Below are positions 54,019-60,661 of a stretch of 64,000 nucleotides of DNA, in pieces. The DNA is from Omnitrophica bacterium GWA2_41_15 (GTDB lineage: Bacteria; Omnitrophota; Gorgyraeia; Gygaellales; UBA12090). Numbering within the stretch: position 1 is the first letter of the stretch; every line of letters starts with the position of its first letter. The position numbers were made by a program, and so were the translations under genes. The stretch spans positions 128,003-192,002 of the forward strand of contig CAKKRH010000001.1 in assembly GCA_919902675.1 (NCBI GenBank). Direction: 5' to 3'. The notes beneath the pieces are model-generated. The model searched no databases, had not been told where the DNA came from, and saw nothing but the letters and a program-made list of their open reading frames with translations.

Positions 54019-55149
54019 ATGACTGAAAAAATAAATTTATATATCTTAGGTGCTGGGGCTTCTAATCCGGATGGGGTTCCAGTTACAAGTGAATTAATAG
54101 ATCAGGCATTTTGGAATTTTGGCGGAAAATATGATAACAAAGATATGTTTCTCATGGGAACTTGGGACAAAGAAACGGAAGTTTTACCTATTGTAAAACC
54201 CGTTCTAGAATTATACGATAAATTCTACGGAACAGATTTAGTTGAAAAGTTAAAAAATTATTATAAAGATGGCTATCATCCTGTTAGTTTAGGTATTGCT
54301 ACCAACAACATAGAAGATTTTTTCAGTAGGTTATATTATTTATCTAAAGGAATAGAAAGTTATAATCTTAATTTAACTAAACAAGAAATCTCAGATTTAT
54401 CAAAAAAAGCTAATTATTTATTTTTCCATACTTTAGCCCATTCTACTATAGGAATTTCAAAGCCGAAATATTATTCAACTTTTGTAGAAAAACTGCTCAA
54501 GCGTAATGGTAAACATTGCATAATGTCATTTAATTATGACCTACTCTTGGAGGATGTTTTTACATCCAGAGATTATTTAAAATATGATGGGTATAAATGG
54601 CTTTATCCTGAAGAGTTAAAATGGTCTTATTGTATCAATTTTAATAACGTCTCTGGTGTACCATATGACTTTCCGCAAGAAGAGCAGGCGAGAATACTTT
54701 ATTTAAAATTACATGGCTCTTTAAATTGGAGTTTTTGCCCTCTGACTCAAGAAGTTTCAATGCATACGCTACATGCCGATGCATGGATATATAAAAGGTT
54801 TTATAAAGAGGAACTTCGTTGTCGCAATGGTTCTCATGTTAACTTACCACTTTTAATTCCTCCTATAAAAAATAAAGAAATAGATAGTCCGGAGCTTAGA
54901 TCTTTATGGAGTAAAGCCTATAACTTAGTTTCTCAAGCAAAAGAGGTTCATATTATCGGCTATTCTTTGCCGGAAGTTGACATAGAAGCAAATAAATTAT
55001 TAGGACAGCTTCCTGTTAAAATGTTGGAGAGAATAGTAATAGTTAACCCTAATAAGAACCATATAAATAAGTTTATTAGAATTTTGCAGGATAAAAGCAA
55101 AATTTCACTATTTGATAATTTTGAGCAATACCTTGTAAATTATAAATGA
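54019..55149 (+). CDS. SIR2-like (SIR2_2 type) domain protein
   Basis: LYILGAGASNPDGVP, IMSFNYDLLLED (catalytic Asn context), YLKLHGSLNW (catalytic His context) and HIIGYSLPEVD. Confidence 0.7.
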   Translation: MTEKINLYILGAGASNPDGVPVTSELIDQAFWNFGGKYDNKDMFLMGTWDKETEVLPIVKPVLELYDKFYGTDLVEKLKNYYKDGYHPVSLGIATNNIEDFFSRLYYLSKGIESYNLNLTKQEISDLSKKANYLFFHTLAHSTIGISKPKYYSTFVEKLLKRNGKHCIMSFNYDLLLEDVFTSRDYLKYDGYKWLYPEELKWSYCINFNNVSGVPYDFPQEEQARILYLKLHGSLNWSFCPLTQEVSMHTLHADAWIYKRFYKEELRCRNGSHVNLPLLIPPIKNKEIDSPELRSLWSKAYNLVSQAKEVHIIGYSLPEVDIEANKLLGQLPVKMLERIVIVNPNKNHINKFIRILQDKSKISLFDNFEQYLVNYK

Positions 55150-55216
55150 AAGGAAGGATCTGCTCCGATAACGAAAGAGACTTTATTTCGGAGTAACATA
55201 ATCCCATCCGTTGTTT

Positions 55217-56239
55217 ATGAAAATAGAAGAGTTAGATTTAGGAAAAGCAAAAAGTATCATTATAAAATGGGCGCAGACCAAACCATTTATAACCAAGGTT
55301 TATTTATTTGGCTCAAGAATTACTGGTAATAGCAAAAAGACAGGTATGCTTGTTAGGCCTGATAGTGATTTAGATGTAGCTTTAGAATTTACAAGGATTT
55401 CTCAAGAAGAAAATCTTCTTACTACTTGGACTTGCGAAGCGAAAAACTGGCGTAAGGAATTATTAGACCTTTTAGGTTTTACTAATGAAAAAGATTTGCA
55501 CTTGGAGTGGCTTCATGAAACAGAAGCTCCTCATGTAGCGCGGTATACAGAAGAAGGCTCTGAACTCATATATACTTCGATGGAAAAATGGTTTGAGGAA
55601 CTTAATAAAGAGGCTTTCTTAATTTTTCATCACCTTAATTTATTCAAACAATTGTTCGAGATTCTCGATAAAAATAAATCTCTGGAAAACATGGATCAAA
55701 CTATTTTTCAATGGATGAGAACAGCATTTACTGCGGATTTAGTTATTGCTATAGGTCGTCTTCTCGATGATAAAAAAAGCTCTCGTAGTTTTATTCGTTT
55801 CCTTCATGAGTTAAAAGATAGAGATGACTATTTGAGTCGCGAGAAATATGTTGAAAAATATAATAATTTTCCCGGGGTCAGTTCTGTAAGAAAATATATG
55901 CTTGAACTTGCGAATAAACATTTCGATAGTTTAGCTGGGGAAAACACTAAGATTTATCCGGCAGATAATGTAAATGAAGATATATCTATACTAACCCAAA
56001 GAACTCCATGCGGGGATATCATTGGGTTTAGAAATCAATATTTAGCGCATCTTAGTAAAATAAAATATTCTTCGCCTCCTACGTATGGCGAGTTATTCAA
56101 GACTTTCGAAATTATTGAAACAGTAATGAAAAAGTATAATTTGATTATGAACGCAGCTCATGTAGATAGCTTTACTCCTATTCCGCAAGGGTATTGGCAA
56201 CAGCCGTTAACCATTCCTTGGATTGGAGAAGAGAAATAA
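55217..56239 (+). CDS. Fusion of an MNT-type nucleotidyltransferase domain with a HEPN-like (AbiU2-like) domain
   Basis: VYLFGSRITGNS...RPDSDLDVALEF (GS...DxD NTase motif). C-terminal FRNQYLAHLSK fits the HEPN Rx4-6H motif. ATG 55217 preferred over TTG 55211. Confidence 0.55.
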   Translation: MKIEELDLGKAKSIIIKWAQTKPFITKVYLFGSRITGNSKKTGMLVRPDSDLDVALEFTRISQEENLLTTWTCEAKNWRKELLDLLGFTNEKDLHLEWLHETEAPHVARYTEEGSELIYTSMEKWFEELNKEAFLIFHHLNLFKQLFEILDKNKSLENMDQTIFQWMRTAFTADLVIAIGRLLDDKKSSRSFIRFLHELKDRDDYLSREKYVEKYNNFPGVSSVRKYMLELANKHFDSLAGENTKIYPADNVNEDISILTQRTPCGDIIGFRNQYLAHLSKIKYSSPPTYGELFKTFEIIETVMKKYNLIMNAAHVDSFTPIPQGYWQQPLTIPWIGEEK

Positions 56240-56270
56240 GGTCATCTAAAACCAGAAACTCATCTGAATA

Positions 56271-57311
56271 ATGGCAACTATTCGCTGTCATACAGTCCCT
56301 CAATTTTATTTAAACTATTTTTTACAGTCCGGATCGAATCTTCTTTGGGTGTATGACAAGAAATATTTTGATATTCGACCCCAGTCTCCTGTGAATACCA
56401 CCGTAATAGGAGATTACTATTTATCAGAACCCGATGATAGAGGAGAGAAAGATCAAAGGGCTGAAAAATTTCTTTCCGTTATAGAAGGCTGGGCAAAGCC
56501 AATTTTAGATAGATTAGTTAATCGTCCTAATAGTTTAGTAGGAGCGAATAAGGATGTTCTAGCAATGTTTATTGCTTTTACACATTGCCGAAGCCCACGC
56601 TCCGTTCAAGCTATTAAGGAAATAAGCGAGGCTGGTGTTGATTATGCGCTTGATCAAGTTAAGGAGATAGCTCTAGATTCTATAGAGATGAGGAAATTAT
56701 ATGAGAGGTTCTCGCAAAAAGAAAACAATGAGTCTAATCTATCTTATGATGAGTTTATTCAAGTAATGAAAGATCCAAAAAATGGCGTTTATACCGAGGT
56801 CAATGAAAAATACGCTATCGGAGAAAGTTTGCTTCTTGCCGAAGTAGTTCATCGAAGAATTAAGGATTTATATTGGCACATACGCATAGCCTCTAAGGGA
56901 CATTTTTTCATTACTTCTGATGCCCCGGTGACAATATTTACACCCCTTCCGAATAATAAAGCAATTTTTGGCGGTGGATTAGAATTACCTACCGTGCAGT
57001 TGACTTTCCCGTTGTCTCCGAGGGTATGTTTGCATATGGACAAAAATCCATTAGGTCAGACTGAACGGGCCGATGTCAACTATGTCAATGAAATAAATCG
57101 CAGATCAATATATATGGCCGAGCGCTTTGTAATATCCCCTTTTCGCAGTAATAGAATAAAAAATATGGTTGAGAAATACTCAGCTACCTATAAAACCCCT
57201 AAGATAGATGCTGAGGAGATTAAAAATATGCTCAGAAAGGAAGGTTTAGATCTTAGAGATAAGCTGAGCGAGGGGTTTAAGGAAAAACTGGATTTACGTG
57301 AGCACGATTAA
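56271..57311 (+). CDS. DUF4238 family protein
   Basis: N-terminal HTVPQFYLNYF matches the DUF4238 signature H-x-V/I-P-Q-F-Y-L (from memory). Confidence 0.6.
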   Translation: MATIRCHTVPQFYLNYFLQSGSNLLWVYDKKYFDIRPQSPVNTTVIGDYYLSEPDDRGEKDQRAEKFLSVIEGWAKPILDRLVNRPNSLVGANKDVLAMFIAFTHCRSPRSVQAIKEISEAGVDYALDQVKEIALDSIEMRKLYERFSQKENNESNLSYDEFIQVMKDPKNGVYTEVNEKYAIGESLLLAEVVHRRIKDLYWHIRIASKGHFFITSDAPVTIFTPLPNNKAIFGGGLELPTVQLTFPLSPRVCLHMDKNPLGQTERADVNYVNEINRRSIYMAERFVISPFRSNRIKNMVEKYSATYKTPKIDAEEIKNMLRKEGLDLRDKLSEGFKEKLDLREHD

Positions 57312-57361
57312 CTTTCTCTTCTAAGGCTTTACCATTTTCAGATAAGCTGTTTACAGAGAGT

Positions 57362-57416
57362 TTTTCTCCTGCGCCGTATTTCTGGGCGCCCTGAGTGAGA
57401 ATACCCTTTGAAATAA
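57362..57416 (+). repeat. Direct repeat B flanking the AT-rich cassette
   Basis: TACAGAGAGTTTTTCTCCTGCGCCGTATTTCTGGGCGCCCTGAGTGAGAATACCC. Same orientation as repeat A. Confidence 0.85.
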
Positions 57417-57484
57417 TTTTACAAAAGATTTTACAAAGGATTGCTGAAAAGTCCAAAAATAGGCAGCAATCTCTGATTAAAAGA

Positions 57485-57606
57485 TTAAAGGCAGATTACA
57501 GAGATTAAATGCTCGTCGGAGAAATCTGTGTAATCTAAGGTAATCTATGTAATCAGAGGTCGCTGATATAGTTTTAGGAGTTTTTCAGCGACCTCTACAA
57601 AAAATC
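57485..57606 (+). promoter_or_regulatory. Cluster of GATTA / TAATC short repeats plus a 12-bp-stem hairpin abutting the traE-like promoter
   Basis: GATTA at 57485, 57493, 57504 and 57513. GTAATC at 57540, 57550 and 57559. AGAGGTCGCTGA (57565-57576) pairs with TCAGCGACCTCT (57595-57606). Confidence 0.5.
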
Positions 57607-57634
57607 TTGACAAGTTAAAATTATGGTGTATAGT
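57607..57634 (+). promoter_or_regulatory. Sigma70-like promoter of the traE-to-traC-like operon
   Basis: TTGACA (57607-57612), 16-nt spacer, TATAGT (57629-57634). Confidence 0.6.
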
Positions 57635-57692
57635 AATTTTTAGAAGTTAAAATTTAGCAGCAGACAGTCCTATTTGAAAAACAAAGGGGCTG

Positions 57693-58355
57693 GTGTTTCT
57701 GAGGAAAGTCTCAGGAATGCCGGCCCCTTTTTTATTTGCCATGAATGATCTTAAACCCGAAAAAGTAAAACGCGCCGGTTTCGTTGAGAAATGGGCTCAT
57801 GCCGAACAAACATCCGCATTTTTAGGAATCAGCCTTTATGCCGTGATTGCTTTCTGCATAGCCTTGCTAGTTACACTATTTAAAGTATCCACCAAGCCAC
57901 AGTCTATTTATTACATCCCCAGCGCCCAGGAAGCAGGTGTTGCCTATCCAAACCGCGTAGATAAAGCAGTAGTATGCGGCTTTGCCTCAAACTGGCTCCT
58001 GAACCGCAATAACTTTACGCCTGTTACAGTCAAGGATACTTATATGAGGGCAATGCGTTATATGGCGCCAGCGCTTCTTTCCAGGACCAAGGCAAACCTT
58101 GAAGATGAAATATCCAGGGTTACGCGCGACAACATCTCCTCCTTATTTTCCCTGAGTAAAGAACCGGAATTAGAAGACTCAGGGATAGATTTCAAAGTGA
58201 CATTGACCGGAGAAAAGATTATTTTCATGGGCAAGGAAAAATTGGATGACCGTATTCTTCGCTACACCATAACCTTGCAAAGAATCCCGCCTATTGAAAC
58301 CAACCCCTACGGCCTGGTGATTGCCGGGGTTAAACAGGAAGAGGTAGAGCCATAA
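57693..58355 (+). CDS. TraE/VirB8-like bitopic T4SS protein
   Basis: Single TM helix (FLGISLYAVIAFCIALLVTLF) plus a periplasmic domain. Position before the TraK/TraB-like genes. Start uncertain (GTG 57693, ATG 57717 or ATG 57741). Confidence 0.55.
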   Translation: MFLRKVSGMPAPFLFAMNDLKPEKVKRAGFVEKWAHAEQTSAFLGISLYAVIAFCIALLVTLFKVSTKPQSIYYIPSAQEAGVAYPNRVDKAVVCGFASNWLLNRNNFTPVTVKDTYMRAMRYMAPALLSRTKANLEDEISRVTRDNISSLFSLSKEPELEDSGIDFKVTLTGEKIIFMGKEKLDDRILRYTITLQRIPPIETNPYGLVIAGVKQEEVEP

Positions 58356-59077
58356 TGAAAATACTTAAAAGACTATTTTATTCGATGATTATTTCCGGAC
58401 TTGTTCTTACGGGGAAGGCCGATGCTTCAAATGCATCTGATTACAATGATGAGATTACTTTAAGATTAAAAGCAGGCATGATTACCGAAGCGGAATTCCC
58501 GGACAAAATCGCCAATGTCACAAAAAGCGTCACCAGCGAAATCTTACAGATTGAAACCTTAGGAAACAGGATTTTCTTGCTACCCATAGAAAATTTGGAA
58601 TCTCAAGTTTACGTAGTTACCCAGGATAATGTTTCCTATTGCCTGCGTTTAATCATGGATGAAGCCCAAGCCCCTACCCGCATAAAGATTGAAAAGCCTC
58701 ATCAGGCAGCAAATGAAGAGCAGGGTAGAGACACAGCAAATACGGTTGAACTCATGAAAGCGCTTCTTACGGGCAGGCAGCCGCCTGGTTCAGTCAGCTC
58801 AAAGCTGCATCCTCAGGATATTTTTAATAACGCTAAATTGCGCATCACTGTAGATGAGGTTTATGAGCTTCAGGGTGGCACAAAAGCCTTTGTTTTGACC
58901 TTTGAGAACCTCATAGATAAACCGGTTGTGGTGCCAATTGAGCATATAGAGCTGCCGGGTCTATTGGCCATAAGCGTAGACAGCCAAATATTGGAGGCGC
59001 GGCCGCTGGATACAAAGAGGAAGCCCTCAAAACATACCACCAGGGCTTACATGATCGTGGAAGAGCTGACGCAATGA
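58355..59077 (+). CDS. TraK/VirB9-like periplasmic T4SS protein
   Basis: Signal peptide. The ITEAEFPDKIANV...NRIFLLP...VYVVTQDNVSYCLRLI pattern resembles TraK. Confidence 0.55.
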   Translation: MKILKRLFYSMIISGLVLTGKADASNASDYNDEITLRLKAGMITEAEFPDKIANVTKSVTSEILQIETLGNRIFLLPIENLESQVYVVTQDNVSYCLRLIMDEAQAPTRIKIEKPHQAANEEQGRDTANTVELMKALLTGRQPPGSVSSKLHPQDIFNNAKLRITVDEVYELQGGTKAFVLTFENLIDKPVVVPIEHIELPGLLAISVDSQILEARPLDTKRKPSKHTTRAYMIVEELTQ

Positions 59078-60309
59078 AGATAACCCTTGATAAGATTCCC
59101 GGCTTTAATAAGCTTCCGCCGGTGCTGCGTAATAATCCGAAGTTAACCTTCGTAATTATTTCCTCTTTAAGTATAGCTCTTACGCTGCTGGTATTTACAG
59201 GAAGCAAGGAAACCAAAAATATCAGGAAAAGCCTGGATCCGGCTGAGGCTAAAAAAACCGCTGGTCCGGGGGAAGATAAAGATGTCGGTGTCTTAGTAGG
59301 TTCTGTGGATACAAAGTCTTATGTTAACCGCATTGAAAAGCAGTATTACGATATCACGGCAAAGTTTGATTCTCTCAATGAGCGTATTGGAGGGTTTGAG
59401 AACAATGTTCAAGAGCTGCGTAAAAACCAAAGCCAGATTAGTAAGATTGTCGTGGATTTGGATAAAAGAGTAACGGACACTCTTACGCAGAATAGTGGTT
59501 TAACAAAGCAAGTCTTTGAGCGGGGGCAAAGCACCGACTCTATCGAAGAGACACTTCTTGGTCCTCTTTCTATGTCGCAACCAGCCGGTAAGATAATTAA
59601 TCTGGAGATGGCTAAGGTTGGCGAAATCAAGATTGAGGAAAAAGTTCCCGGGAAGAGGTACGTGTATCTTCCCTTGGGAAGCTTTGTCAAGTGCACTCTT
59701 CTCACCGGTGTGTATGCCCCTGCTAATGAAAGTAACCCCTTGCCGGTATTAATCAGCATTGACGAGGCCTTTTACGGCCCGAATAACACCAGGATTCCCC
59801 TCAAGGGTGCCTTTGCCATTGGCAAGGCTGTAGGAGATACGGTCTCAAAAAGGGCGATTATCCAGGTGGTGAGTTTTTCTACAGTATTGCCGGATGGAAA
59901 GGTTTTTGAACATGAGGCGAATTTGGGTTATTTGGCTGATAGTGACGGACGCTTAGGTATACAGGGTGAGTTAATTTACAATACCGGAAAACAATTAAGC
60001 CTGAGTTTTTTATCCGGATTCCTGGCAGGAGGCTCTGAGGCACTCTCCCAGGCCGAGACCTCAACCGTTACCGGCGCCTACGGCCAAACCTCTAAAAACG
60101 TTACCGGAAACACCGGCCGCTATTCCATGTTTTCCGGACTGGCTAATAGCGCGCAAGGGATGTCCAGTTATTACCAAAAACAATTAGAAGCCATGATCCC
60201 CGCGGTAAAAATTGAGGCAGGCAAAAAAGCTGTCTTGGTTATCCAGAAAGGAGTACAAATTGAAGGCCTTGAAGCACCTCACGATAATTTTGGTTCTCTT
60301 GATTACTAA
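59074..60309 (+). CDS. TraB/VirB10 (TrbI) family T4SS protein
   Basis: N-terminal TM helix, coiled coil, and C-terminal block LPLGSFVKCTLLTGVYAP...PVLISI...GDTVSKRAIIQV...DGRLGIQGELIYNTGKQL. Confidence 0.75.
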   Translation: MKITLDKIPGFNKLPPVLRNNPKLTFVIISSLSIALTLLVFTGSKETKNIRKSLDPAEAKKTAGPGEDKDVGVLVGSVDTKSYVNRIEKQYYDITAKFDSLNERIGGFENNVQELRKNQSQISKIVVDLDKRVTDTLTQNSGLTKQVFERGQSTDSIEETLLGPLSMSQPAGKIINLEMAKVGEIKIEEKVPGKRYVYLPLGSFVKCTLLTGVYAPANESNPLPVLISIDEAFYGPNNTRIPLKGAFAIGKAVGDTVSKRAIIQVVSFSTVLPDGKVFEHEANLGYLADSDGRLGIQGELIYNTGKQLSLSFLSGFLAGGSEALSQAETSTVTGAYGQTSKNVTGNTGRYSMFSGLANSAQGMSSYYQKQLEAMIPAVKIEAGKKAVLVIQKGVQIEGLEAPHDNFGSLDY

Positions 60310-60661
60310 CGGATGTGTTGCGTCTAAAGGATTAGTTAAAGACAGCCCAAACAAGGTAATGGACGTATACCTGGAAGCTGTATCCAGCGGCCGGGCTGAC
60401 GCGGTTAGTTATATCAAGGAAAACTTAAAAGTAAATAAAGCCTTTGGCTATGTCAAGCCTTATGTCCCGGTGGTTGAGCCGGCGGATGTCAGGCTTGTCT
60501 GGCTTCCGGCGCATAAATCAAAATATTCACCTGAAGTTTTAGTCAGCGGACACTGGGTCTATATTATGGTAAAAGAGTCGCGCTGGTTTATTGATTCGCA
60601 AACTCACGGTGAAGCCAAGATTCCTTTGATAGTCCCTTATAAGGAAACTATTAAAAAATGA
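60260..60661 (+). CDS. TraV-like T4SS lipoprotein
   Basis: TTG 60260 behind AAGGAG gives MKALKHLTIILVLLITNGC (lipobox). Position between the TraB-like and TraC-like genes. Confidence 0.5.
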   Translation: MKALKHLTIILVLLITNGCVASKGLVKDSPNKVMDVYLEAVSSGRADAVSYIKENLKVNKAFGYVKPYVPVVEPADVRLVWLPAHKSKYSPEVLVSGHWVYIMVKESRWFIDSQTHGEAKIPLIVPYKETIKK

